From: an uncultured delta proteobacterium
Lineage (GTDB): Bacteria > Desulfobacterota > Binatia > HRBIN30 > BPIQ01
Assembly: GCA_963761335.1 (NCBI GenBank)
Contig: CAVXGR010000018.1
Location: forward strand, 384,001 to 448,000
DNA: 64,000 nucleotides
Direction of reading: 5' to 3'
Part shown: piece after piece, positions 8,582-17,649 of the stretch
Position numbering within the stretch: position 1 is the stretch's first letter
Layout: each line of letters starts with the position of its first letter
Notes under the pieces: model-generated
Told to the model about the DNA's origin: nothing
Databases searched by the model: none
The model's input: the letters and a program-made list of their open reading frames with translations, nothing else
Translations under genes and position numbers: made by a program

Positions 8582-9886
8582 TCAGTCTCCCAGGCGCACC
8601 AGGTGCTGCAAGCTGAAGTAGCTGTCCGGGTACTTGCGCTCGATGAACTGCGACTTGTACCGACCCGCCAGCGTGGCGCGATTCGCCTTGTCGTTCACGG
8701 CGATGACCATGTTCGGCGTCACGGCGGTGAAGGTGCCGTCGTCGTTGGTGGAGAAATGGTAGGCGCAGGCGGCATTGTAGAAGTACTCCCCGGCGCGATT
8801 GTGCACCAGCTTCCACCAGATGCGGTACATGTCCTTGTCCATGTACATGATGACCTTGCCGAAGTTGTAGTAGGGATCATCCGACTCTCCCTGGAGGATC
8901 CACACCGGACGGGGGACCATCACCAGGTTCTCGACCACGTTCCAGGGAACCCCCTTGGCTCCGGGAGTCTCGTAGGCGGCCTTGAAGTAGGGAATCTCGA
9001 TCTCGGCGCGGTGGTCGTTGATCCAGTGCTGCTTGAGCGGCTTGGGTGAGAGCATCGGCGCCAGGACCTGGCCTTCGCCGATCAGCTTCCACTTGTAGTA
9101 CTCGACCTTGCCGCCGTAGCAGTTCAGGTCGTCGGCGAAGATGTCGAGGCCGCCGACCGGGTCGGAGCGCGTGGCGGCGTTGATGCGCCGCACCCGCCGG
9201 GTGGTCGGTACATAGGCCCATTCCTCGTCCTGAGAGGTCCAGTCGTTCAGGCGTTTGGTCAGACCGGCGACGCCGTCGATGTCCTGCGGCTCGATGGCGT
9301 GCGACATGTCCTCGTAGCGCAGTCCCTCGGGATTGGGAATCGGGCCGCCGGTGCGGCCGAGATAATAATTGAAGTGCAACCACAGCTTGAGGCGCTTGAA
9401 CTCACCCGTCTTGTCGAGGCCGTTGAGGGTGAAGGTGGCGCCGGCGCCCTCGATCATGGCGTTGGCGGCCTCGAAATTCCACGCCATCTTGCAGGCGGCC
9501 CGCGGCTCCTTGGGATCCACGTGGAGAAACGGATAGCCGTAATAGAAGTCCGGCATCTTTCCCGTCTTCACGTCCTTCAGGCCACACGTCGCGGCGTCGA
9601 CGTCGTACTTTCCGGCATTCTCCTCGCTGGCCTGCCAGAACTTCTCCGAGTAGTTGTGCTTGAACTGCTCCGGGTCGACGGTCTCCACCTTGTACCAGTA
9701 GTCGCCGTTCTTCACCCGGTTGAGCACCACTTCCGGCAGCAGGTCCTTGGCCTGTTGCCAGTTGTTGCTGTTGAGGATCCAGGACTTCCCCGTCTCCTCG
9801 GCTACGGCAGGTACGCTCAGCGCGACCGCAGCGGCAAGAGCGACTGCTGCAATCCGCACCATGTTGCCTCTCCCAAGCGTCATCAC
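8582..9886 (-). CDS. DUF1329 family periplasmic protein (predicted LolA-like fold)
   Basis: Signal peptide, NNWQQAKDLLP, GYPF, WAYVPTTRRVRR and DPYYNFGKVIMYMDK motifs. Confidence 0.85.
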   Translation of the reverse strand: MMTLGRGNMVRIAAVALAAAVALSVPAVAEETGKSWILNSNNWQQAKDLLPEVVLNRVKNGDYWYKVETVDPEQFKHNYSEKFWQASEENAGKYDVDAATCGLKDVKTGKMPDFYYGYPFLHVDPKEPRAACKMAWNFEAANAMIEGAGATFTLNGLDKTGEFKRLKLWLHFNYYLGRTGGPIPNPEGLRYEDMSHAIEPQDIDGVAGLTKRLNDWTSQDEEWAYVPTTRRVRRINAATRSDPVGGLDIFADDLNCYGGKVEYYKWKLIGEGQVLAPMLSPKPLKQHWINDHRAEIEIPYFKAAYETPGAKGVPWNVVENLVMVPRPVWILQGESDDPYYNFGKVIMYMDKDMYRIWWKLVHNRAGEYFYNAACAYHFSTNDDGTFTAVTPNMVIAVNDKANRATLAGRYKSQFIERKYPDSYFSLQHLVRLGD

Positions 9887-10069
9887 ATGAGCCTCCCCGG
9901 TTCCCTACCCTTTCAACAGGCGTGCCTCGCGTCAAGCCTGTCGAACTCAAAAGGCGATCGGCCGGATTCTGGAAAATGGAGAGGGACAACGCAGTCGATT
10001 CCCACGGTTGGGAGGGCGCCCGCAGCATTGCGGCTGCGGCCGGGGGGTGACATTGTGGGCCCGCGATCC

Positions 10070-11284
10070 ATGAGCGAGTCTCTTCGACCCAGGGCATTCG
10101 TCACCGGTTGCGGCGCCCTCTCGCCCTTGGGCGAAGGGGTCCCGGCCTTCTGGGAAGGGCTTCTCGAAGGGCGCAGCGGCCTGCGAGCGATCGACTCCTT
10201 TCCGCCTGCGGGGCATCTGCACCCGATGGCGGGGGAGGTTCCCGACTTCGACAGCGACCGCCATTTCACGCCGGCCGAAGCTGCCCGACTGGATCGTCTG
10301 AGCCAGTTCGCCATGGTGGCGGTGCGCGAGGCGCTCGCCGATGCTGCCGTGGACCTGGCGAGGATCGATCGCTGCCGGATGGGCGTGGTGATCGCCACCA
10401 CCCTCGGCGGCATGCGCGTGGGTGAGGAATATCTGCGCGGCGCCGCCGGCTTCGACCTTCGCCGCCTGCTGCGGGTGCCCTATTTCGCGCTGGCGGCGAC
10501 CGTGGCGCGCGAGCTCGGGTCGCGCGGACCCGTGCTGAGCCCCTCGATCGCCTGCGCCTCGGGAACCCATGCGGTCGGCCTGGCCCTCGAGCTCATCCGC
10601 CGGGGGCAGGGAGACCTCTTCGTGGTCGGCGGCGCCGAGACCGTTTGCTCGTTCGTGGTCAGCGGCTTCGACTGCCTGCGCGCCACCACCGCGGAGGCGG
10701 TGCGCCCGTTCGATGCGCGCCGCAGCGGCCTCTTGGTGGGCGAGGGCGCCGCCATTCTCGTCGTCGAGTCCGAAGAGCACGCCCGGGCCCGCGGCGCGGT
10801 GATCGACGTGGAGGTTGCCGGCAGCGGCCTCGCCGGCGATGCGGTGCACATGACGGCGCCAGCGCGCGATGGCGCCGGCGCGGCGCGCGCCATGCGCGCC
10901 GCGCTGCAGGACGCGGCTGTCGACGTCCGCCAGCTGGATTTCATCAGCGCTCATGGCACCGGCACGGTGTACAACGATGCCATGGAGATCGCCGCCATCG
11001 GCGCCGTGCTCGGCGAGCACCGGGGGCGCGTGCCGGTGAACTCGATCAAGGGCGCCATCGGCCACACGCTCGGTGCCGCCGGGGCCTTCGAGGCCATTCT
11101 CTGCGCCCAGGCTCTGCGCTACGGGCTCATTCCGCCGACGGTGAGCTGCGAGATCCTCGACCCGGAATGCGACCTCGACGTGGTCCGCGGCGCGGCGCGC
11201 CGCGCCGCCCTGCGGGTGGTGCTGTCGACCTCGTCGGCGTTTGCCGGCAACAATGCGGCGTTGGTCCTGCGCCGCGCGCAGTGA
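10070..11284 (+). CDS. Beta-ketoacyl-ACP synthase (KS1), catalytic triad intact
   Basis: SIACASG (Cys), AHGTGT (His), GHTLGAAG (His). Confidence 0.93.
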   Translation: MSESLRPRAFVTGCGALSPLGEGVPAFWEGLLEGRSGLRAIDSFPPAGHLHPMAGEVPDFDSDRHFTPAEAARLDRLSQFAMVAVREALADAAVDLARIDRCRMGVVIATTLGGMRVGEEYLRGAAGFDLRRLLRVPYFALAATVARELGSRGPVLSPSIACASGTHAVGLALELIRRGQGDLFVVGGAETVCSFVVSGFDCLRATTAEAVRPFDARRSGLLVGEGAAILVVESEEHARARGAVIDVEVAGSGLAGDAVHMTAPARDGAGAARAMRAALQDAAVDVRQLDFISAHGTGTVYNDAMEIAAIGAVLGEHRGRVPVNSIKGAIGHTLGAAGAFEAILCAQALRYGLIPPTVSCEILDPECDLDVVRGAARRAALRVVLSTSSAFAGNNAALVLRRAQ

Positions 11285-11291
11285 AGAGGCG

Positions 11292-12476
11292 ATGCGACGG
11301 GTCGTGGTCTCCGGAGTCGGGGTGGTGTCGCCGGCGGGAGCGTCGGTCGAGGCCCTGGCGCAGCAGCTGAACGCCGGCAACCTCGGCGGCACCACTGAGA
11401 GCTCCACCCATTTCGCCGTGGCCGAGATCCCACTGCAGGCGATCCCCGAGGAGAAGCGATCGCACTGGGGACGCATGGATCGCCTGTGCCGCTTCTTTCT
11501 GGCGGCTTCCTATCTCGCCGTCAGCGACGCCGCCCTCGAGATCGGCGCCAGCGAGGCGGAGCGCGCCGGGATCTCCTTCGGCACCGGTCTCGGATGCCTG
11601 CTCACCGACGAGGAGTACTATCGCCGCGTCGTCGATTCCGGGGTGCCGGCGGCCAGCCCGCGCCTTTTCGCCTACACCGTGTCGAGCGCCGCCGCCGGCG
11701 AGGTGTCGATCGCCTTGGGCATCAAAGGACCGAATCTGACGGTGCACATGGGCCTGGCCGCCGGTGTCGGCGCCGTCGGCTACGGAATGGACCTCATCCA
11801 GACGGGAAAGGCCGACGTCGTTCTCGCCGGCGGCGCCGACGTGATCGGACCGCCTCTCGTCGACGCTCTGCAGCAGATGAGACTGCTGAAGTCTCTGGCG
11901 CAGGCGCGACCGTTCCGCGACGCCATCCCCGGCATCGCACCCGCCGAGGCGGCCGTGGTGCTCGTGCTCGAGGAAGAGGGCCGGGCGCGCGCCCGCGGAG
12001 CCCCTCGGCGCGGCCGCCTGGAGAGCTATGCGGCGGGCTTCGAGCCGACCCTCACCGGTCCGGCGCCGCGCGCCGAGGGGGTCCTCGCCGCCTTGCAGTG
12101 CGCCTTCGCCAACGGCGTATGCCGGCCGGAGGAATGCGGCCTCGTCGTCTGCAGCGCCCACGGCACTCCGCTCGACCGCATCGAGCAGGAGGCTTTCGGC
12201 AGCCTCTTCTCGGCGGGGACGCCGCCCCTGCTGGTGGCGCCGAAGGCGGCCTGGGGAGATGCTCTCGGCGCCAGCGGAGTCCAGGGCTTGGCTCTCGCGC
12301 TGGGGCTCGTGCAGGAGCCGTCCAGACTGGCGCCGCCGCCCTGCTTCGACCTCGGCGGCGATTCCCTTCCCGGGTTCGTGGGCGAGGCGCGCCGGGGGCC
12401 CGCTTCGATGGCTGCCGTCAGCGCGCTGTGCTATGCGGGCCCCTTCGTGGCGCTGGTGCTGGCGCGCGACGGATGA
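11292..12476 (+). CDS. KS-like protein lacking the catalytic Cys (chain-length-factor-like, CLF1)
   Basis: KS fold (VVSGVGVVSPAG, RMDR). Active-site loop reads HMGLAAG and the second His is replaced (WGDALGASG). Confidence 0.85.
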   Translation: MRRVVVSGVGVVSPAGASVEALAQQLNAGNLGGTTESSTHFAVAEIPLQAIPEEKRSHWGRMDRLCRFFLAASYLAVSDAALEIGASEAERAGISFGTGLGCLLTDEEYYRRVVDSGVPAASPRLFAYTVSSAAAGEVSIALGIKGPNLTVHMGLAAGVGAVGYGMDLIQTGKADVVLAGGADVIGPPLVDALQQMRLLKSLAQARPFRDAIPGIAPAEAAVVLVLEEEGRARARGAPRRGRLESYAAGFEPTLTGPAPRAEGVLAALQCAFANGVCRPEECGLVVCSAHGTPLDRIEQEAFGSLFSAGTPPLLVAPKAAWGDALGASGVQGLALALGLVQEPSRLAPPPCFDLGGDSLPGFVGEARRGPASMAAVSALCYAGPFVALVLARDG

Positions 12477-12577
12477 TCATGGCACGGCTGGCGAACTCTC
12501 TGCGCGTATGGATGGTCTCCGCCCACACCGAGATCGCCGGGAAGATCAAAGGTCAGCTGTGCCGCCTGCTTCGCTGA
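12473..12577 (+). CDS. Small 34-aa protein MIMARLANSLRVWMVSAHTEIAGKIKGQLCRLLR (not called on its own in the ORF track)
   Basis: ATG overlaps the CLF1 stop (ATGA), the ORF fills the gap to fabG, and most codons end in G/C. Confidence 0.55.
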   Translation: MIMARLANSLRVWMVSAHTEIAGKIKGQLCRLLR

Positions 12578-13335
12578 GCCCGGACGTCTTCCGTCTGGAT
12601 GGCAAACGGGCTCTGGTCACCGGGGCGTCGCGCGGTATCGGACGAGCGGTGGCCGAGGCGCTGGCGCGCGCCGGCGCCGCGGTGGCACTGAGCTACGCGC
12701 GCTCGACGGCGGAGGCGGAGGAGGCCGTCCAAGGGATTCGCGCCGCCGGCGGGGAAGCCCGCCTGGTGCCGGCGGATCTCGCCGACCCGGCGGCCATCGA
12801 TGCCATGTTCGCCGAGCTGAACCAGAGCTGGGGTGGCGCCGACATCGTCGTGCACAATGCGGCGGCGACGCGCGACGGCTACGTGATGCTGATGCCGCTC
12901 GACGCCTGGGACGAGGTGTTGCAGGTGAACCTGCGCGCCGTGTTTCTCTCCAGCCGGCACGCGCTGCGGCCGATGATTCGCAAGAAATGGGGACGCATCA
13001 TCAACGTGATCTCGCCGGCGGCGCTCGCCGGCAAGGCCGGCGCTGCCAACTACGCGGCCGCGAAAGGTGGCTTGCTGAGCTTCACCCGCTCGCTGGCCCG
13101 CGAGGTCGGCCGCTACGGCATCACCGTCAACGCCGTCTCTCCGGGCGTCATCGAGACGCGCCTGGCCGAGTCGATCCCGGCCGGCGAGCGACAGGCTCTC
13201 CGCCAGCAGATTGCGCTGGGCCGCTTCGGCGAGGCTCGCGAGGTGGCGCCGGCCGTCTGCTTCCTCGCCAGCCCGGCGGCGAGCTACGTCTCGGGGGCAA
13301 TCCTGGCGGTGGACGGCGGATTGGGTCTGGGATAG
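12559..13335 (+). CDS. fabG: 3-oxoacyl-ACP reductase (FabG-like SDR)
   Basis: TGASRGIG, HNAA, NYAAAK and NAVSPG motifs. GTG at 12559 follows AAAGGT; start approximate. Confidence 0.9.
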   Translation: MPPASLSPDVFRLDGKRALVTGASRGIGRAVAEALARAGAAVALSYARSTAEAEEAVQGIRAAGGEARLVPADLADPAAIDAMFAELNQSWGGADIVVHNAAATRDGYVMLMPLDAWDEVLQVNLRAVFLSSRHALRPMIRKKWGRIINVISPAALAGKAGAANYAAAKGGLLSFTRSLAREVGRYGITVNAVSPGVIETRLAESIPAGERQALRQQIALGRFGEAREVAPAVCFLASPAASYVSGAILAVDGGLGLG

Positions 13336-13428
13336 CGGGATTTCAAAGCGGAACAATGGCCAGTAATCTGAAGACGAACGTGATCTGTCGACATCTCCTC
13401 TCGGCGCCGCCGGCGCCTCTGGGCTCGC

Positions 13429-14640
13429 ATGCGGCGCATTGCCATCACCGGCATCGGTAGCATCAACGCCCTCGGCGTCGGTGTCGACACCTTTGCCGCG
13501 GGGCTCGAGGAGGGTCGTTGCGGCATCGGCGATCTCTCCGTGATCGACAGCCGTGGGTTTCGCAGCCGCCGCGCCGCGGAGGTGCGCGAGCTGGTGCTGC
13601 CCACGCCGCTGGCGCGCCGCTGGCGGCGGCGCGCCTCGCGCTCGTCGCTGCTGGCGCTCGCTGCCGCCGCCGAGGCCTGGCCGATGGCGCAGCTCTCGGC
13701 AGCCGACGGCGCCGGCGCCGCCGTCATCATCGGTACGAGCACCGGCGGCGTCGGCCTCGGCGAGGTGGACTACGAGCGCCTGCTCGGCGATTCCGCGAGC
13801 CGCCCGCGGCTTGGCCGCTGGTTGGAGACGCCCATGTGGATGCCATCCGACACCCTGGCCAGCGCCTTCGGCTGCAGCGGTCCGAAGATGACGGTATCCA
13901 CCGCCTGCTCGTCCGGTGCCAACGCCCTCGGCATGGCCGCCGACTGGATCCGCAGCGGCCGTGTCGAGGTCGTCCTCTGCGGCGGCACCGACTCGCTGTG
14001 CCGGACGACGTACGCGGGCTTCGATGTGCTGCAGGCGCTCGACCGCGAGGGCTGTCGCCCCTTCGATCGGCGCCGCGCCGGCTTGACTCTCGGGGAAGGC
14101 GCCGCGGCCTTCGTCGTCGAGGCCTGGGAGTGCGCCCGTCGCCGCGGCGCTCCGATTCTCGCCGAGTTCCTCGGCTACGGGGTCACCGCCGACGCCCATC
14201 ACCTGACCCAGCCGCGGCCGGACGGCGAGGGCGCTATCGAGGCCATGCGCCGGGCGCTGCGCGATGCCGGCATCGACGCGGCAGAGATCGACTATATCAA
14301 CGCCCACGGTACCGGCACGCCGCTCAACGACGCGATCGAGACGCACGCCATCAAGACCGTGTTCGGCGCGGCGGCCTATCGGGTTCCGGTGAGCTCCACC
14401 AAGTCGATGGTGGGACACTGCCTGGCCGCAGGCGGTGCCATCGAGGCACTGGCGTGCGTGCTGGCAATGCGCCGCGGCTTCATCCCGCCGACCATCGGGC
14501 TCCAGGAGCCCGACCCGCAGTGCGACCTCGATTATGTGCCGAACCGCAGTCGCCGTGCGGGTCTGCGCACCGTGCTGTCGAACTCCTATGCCTTTGGCGG
14601 CAACAACACCAGCATGGTTCTCCGCCGGGGAGAAGAGTGA
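13429..14640 (+). CDS. Beta-ketoacyl-ACP synthase (KS2), catalytic triad intact
   Basis: STACSSG, NAHGTGT, GHCLAAG and SNSYAFGG motifs. Confidence 0.93.
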   Translation: MRRIAITGIGSINALGVGVDTFAAGLEEGRCGIGDLSVIDSRGFRSRRAAEVRELVLPTPLARRWRRRASRSSLLALAAAAEAWPMAQLSAADGAGAAVIIGTSTGGVGLGEVDYERLLGDSASRPRLGRWLETPMWMPSDTLASAFGCSGPKMTVSTACSSGANALGMAADWIRSGRVEVVLCGGTDSLCRTTYAGFDVLQALDREGCRPFDRRRAGLTLGEGAAAFVVEAWECARRRGAPILAEFLGYGVTADAHHLTQPRPDGEGAIEAMRRALRDAGIDAAEIDYINAHGTGTPLNDAIETHAIKTVFGAAAYRVPVSSTKSMVGHCLAAGGAIEALACVLAMRRGFIPPTIGLQEPDPQCDLDYVPNRSRRAGLRTVLSNSYAFGGNNTSMVLRRGEE

Positions 14641-15902
14641 CCGCTGTGCGTGCGCCGTCGTTCGGTGGCGTCGCGGCGCCACCCGCGGGCCCGTCGATTG
14701 CGGTGACTGGCATCGGGGTCGTCAGTCCGCTCGGCGTTGGGCAGGAGACCTTCTGGACGGCTCTCTGCGAGGGTCGTTCCGGAGTCGAGCCGCTCTCCGG
14801 CATGGAGCTGCCGGACGGCCCGCGTTTCGCGGCGCAGGTCCGGGGCTTCGAGGCGCGGGAGTTCATTACCTCGACGCACCTGCGCCGCATGGACAAGCTC
14901 TCGCGGATGATTGTGGCTGCCAGCCGCATGGCAAGCGACGATGCCGGCGCGCTCGGGGGCGCTGTCTCCGCGGAGCGGGTGGCGGTGGTGATCGGCTCCG
15001 CCTTCGGCAACGTCTCCGAATCGGAGATCCATCTGCGGCGTCTGTTCGCGAAGGGACCGGCGTTTGCCAGCCCGATGATCTTTCCGAACCTGGTTCACAA
15101 CGCGCCGGCGAGCTACGTGTCCATGGAGCTCGGGCTGCGCGGGGTCAACTTCACCGTCAGCCAGGGGGAGATCTCTGGTGAGCAGGCCATTCTCGTCGGC
15201 TGCGATCTCCTGCGCGCCGGCCGCGCCGATGCGGTGCTGGCCGGCGGCGGCGACGAGCTCGCCGCCATCGTCTGCGAGGTGTACCGCCGCGGCGGCGCCC
15301 TGGCCGGCCGGCGCGGCAGTCGTGAGTGGGCGAGCCCCTACGACACCGGGCGCAGCGGTGTCGTTCTCGGCGAAGGCGCCGCCATGCTCTGCCTAGAGCC
15401 GCTGCCCGCGGCGCTGGCGCGCGGCGCCGCGGTGTACGCGCGGATCGACGCCGTCGAGCCGCTGTCGATTCCGGCGCCGCGTTATGATTGGCCGGCGACG
15501 GCCGCCTCCGCCGTCGAGCGAGTGCAGCGCCTTCTCGCCGGCGCGGGCGCCAATCGCATCGATCTGATCTGTGGCTCGGCGAACTCGTCGCGCCGTCTGG
15601 ATGCCTGCGAGATCGAGCTGTTCGCCCGTGTCTTCGGCGAGAGCGCCTCGCGCATCTGGCTCACCTCGATCAAGGGGGCCGTCGGCGAGTTCGGCGCCGC
15701 CGGCGCCCTCAGCGCCGCGGCCACGTGCATGGCTCTCCGCCAGCAGATGGTTCCGCCCCTCTGCCACATGCGGCGCCCCGAGCCCCGCCAGCCGTTCCGC
15801 CTGCCCGCCGGGACCGCGGTGGCGGCGCCGCTGGCGGCGGCGCTGCTCTTCGGCATGGGGCGTGGCGGCAACGCCGCGGCGATGGCGATCTCAGAGCCGT
15901 AG
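14637..15902 (+). CDS. KS-like protein lacking catalytic Cys/His (CLF2)
   Basis: GTGA overlap with KS2. Active-site loop SQGEISG; the His positions read GSANSS and GEFGAAG. Confidence 0.85.
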   Translation: MTAVRAPSFGGVAAPPAGPSIAVTGIGVVSPLGVGQETFWTALCEGRSGVEPLSGMELPDGPRFAAQVRGFEAREFITSTHLRRMDKLSRMIVAASRMASDDAGALGGAVSAERVAVVIGSAFGNVSESEIHLRRLFAKGPAFASPMIFPNLVHNAPASYVSMELGLRGVNFTVSQGEISGEQAILVGCDLLRAGRADAVLAGGGDELAAIVCEVYRRGGALAGRRGSREWASPYDTGRSGVVLGEGAAMLCLEPLPAALARGAAVYARIDAVEPLSIPAPRYDWPATAASAVERVQRLLAGAGANRIDLICGSANSSRRLDACEIELFARVFGESASRIWLTSIKGAVGEFGAAGALSAAATCMALRQQMVPPLCHMRRPEPRQPFRLPAGTAVAAPLAAALLFGMGRGGNAAAMAISEP

Positions 15903-16075
15903 CGGCTCGGTTTCTCAGTTGCTCGGTTGTCGGATTGTTCGGGTGTCTCGCGCTCGAGCGCCCGAAATGGACGGAACATCGCCAACTCAAGAGCCCGAAA
16001 ACGCGATAGCCCAGCAACCGAGCCACTGAGCCCACTGAGCCACCGAGAAACTGAGAAACTGAGAAACTGAGCCCC
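15903..16075. repeat. Inverted element built from degenerate 8-bp units (GAGAAACT / AGTTTCTC)
   Basis: Left arm ggtttctc-agttgctc-ggttgtc; right arm cagcaacc-gagccact-gagcccact-gagccacc-(gagaaact)x3. Lies between convergent genes. Confidence 0.8.
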
Positions 16076-16082
16076 CGATCCC

Positions 16083-16634
16083 CTACCAAACAAACGGGAC
16101 CAGCCTCCGAACTCGCTCGCAATAGCGCGCGAACTCATCGCCGAGGTGGCGGCGCATCCAGCGCTCCTCCTGAACGACACGCACTCCCATGGCGAGGGCG
16201 CACATGGCGTAGGTTGCGAAGAGGGGAGGGTGGGGTGCCGCGGCCAGAGGGGCGGCGGCGGTCAGCAGCACGCCGAGGGCGAGCGGGTTGCGCACCACCG
16301 CGAAGGCGCCGTCGCGGCGAAAGCGCAGGGGGGGCTCCTGCGGCAGCCGCGTGCGGCGCAGCGGACCAATCAGCACCCGGCCCCAAAACCAGATCCCCAC
16401 CCCGGCGCTGAAGAGCGCCAGTGAAGCGCCGATTCTACTGGGCGGCAGGTGCGGCTCGAAGCTGATGGCGATGCACGCCGCAGTGACGTGCAGCGCCACG
16501 AGCAGCGGAGTGAGCCGGACCCAGAATCGCTCCCAGAAGTCGTAAAACGGCACCGCATCCGCGGCGTTCTCGGCGCGGCACGCATACATCGGCAACCAGC
16601 CGAGCGCCAACAGCATTGCCAGCGCCAGGTTCAC
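16083..16634 (-). CDS. Isoprenylcysteine carboxyl methyltransferase / PEMT family membrane methyltransferase
   Basis: GAFAVVRNPL, EERWM...GDEFARYCERVRRLVP motifs and TM helices. GTGA overlap with the upstream gene. Confidence 0.8.
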   Translation of the reverse strand: MNLALAMLLALGWLPMYACRAENAADAVPFYDFWERFWVRLTPLLVALHVTAACIAISFEPHLPPSRIGASLALFSAGVGIWFWGRVLIGPLRRTRLPQEPPLRFRRDGAFAVVRNPLALGVLLTAAAPLAAAPHPPLFATYAMCALAMGVRVVQEERWMRRHLGDEFARYCERVRRLVPFVW

Positions 16635-17635
16635 GCCGCCGCCTTCTCCGCCGCCGACAGGCGCAGGCTGCCCAGCGAGACACCGTAGTGCCAGAGGACG
16701 GCGAAGCCAATCGCCATCCACACGGTCTCATGGACGCGCAGCACGGCGCCGACGAGCAGTCCGGCGCGCGGGTCGCCCGTGCTGGCGGTGAACAGCGCCA
16801 CCTCGGTGGCCTCCATGGCGCCCAGGCCGGAAGGCGTCGGCGCTGCCCGCGCCACACCGCTGGAGATCACCACCATGAGGAGGAGCGGCAGGCTGAGCGT
16901 CACCCCGAAGGCCCGCAACAAGACGCCGTACTGGAGCACGTTCAGTGCCTCGATGGCCAGCGAGCCGAGGAGACCCCAGACGAACACCCGCGGCTGCTCG
17001 CGGAAGAAGCGTGACAGGTGTTCCTCGACGCCGCGGAGGACACCGGCAACCGCCGCGAGAAACGGTTGCCGCTGGGCTCGCTTGCTGCCGTAGATGAAGG
17101 CCAGCGGTCGACCGCCGCGCCGCAGCCGCCAGAGCGGTACGGCGAGAAAGGCAAGCGCCGCAGTCATTCCGGCGGCCAGCATCAGGGAGGCGTTCCCGCC
17201 GCCTCCCGCCAGCGCGAAGCAGGTGACGGCGGCAAGCCCATAGAGCACGTTGCCGATGATCTCCAGTACCCGGTCGAGGGTCACGGCCGCTCCGGCGCGC
17301 GCCGTGTCGGCTCCGGCGGTACGCATCAAAGCGACGCGCACCGGCTCCCCGGCGAGCTTGGCGGAGGGGATCGCCGCTCCCACGGCGTCGCCGCCGAGGC
17401 GCGCCGCGATCAGGTGCCGGAGCGGCATCGATGACCCGAGGGAGCGACAGACCATCTGCCAGCGCAGGGCGTAGCCGAGCAGGATGAGCGCCGACACCCA
17501 GAGATAGAGCACCAGCAGCCGCGGGTCGGCGCGGCAAAACGCCGTGGCGATCTCATCGGCGCCGAAAGCCCAGAGCAGCGCCGCCAGCGCCGCAGCTCCG
17601 ACGGCCAGCGAGAGGAGATCGCTGCGGCGCAACAT
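16631..17635 (-). CDS. Lysylphosphatidylglycerol-synthase TM / flippase-like protein (UPF0104)
   Basis: LRWQ, IPSAKLAGEPVR, DRVLE and PTPSGLGAME motifs; multi-TM. Confidence 0.82.
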   Translation of the reverse strand: MLRRSDLLSLAVGAAALAALLWAFGADEIATAFCRADPRLLVLYLWVSALILLGYALRWQMVCRSLGSSMPLRHLIAARLGGDAVGAAIPSAKLAGEPVRVALMRTAGADTARAGAAVTLDRVLEIIGNVLYGLAAVTCFALAGGGGNASLMLAAGMTAALAFLAVPLWRLRRGGRPLAFIYGSKRAQRQPFLAAVAGVLRGVEEHLSRFFREQPRVFVWGLLGSLAIEALNVLQYGVLLRAFGVTLSLPLLLMVVISSGVARAAPTPSGLGAMEATEVALFTASTGDPRAGLLVGAVLRVHETVWMAIGFAVLWHYGVSLGSLRLSAAEKAAA

Positions 17636-17649
17636 CGACGGTCTCCCCC

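Noticed and set aside
15903..16075. Possible CRISPR array
   Set aside because: Units are 8 bp with no unique spacers, and no cas genes are in the window.
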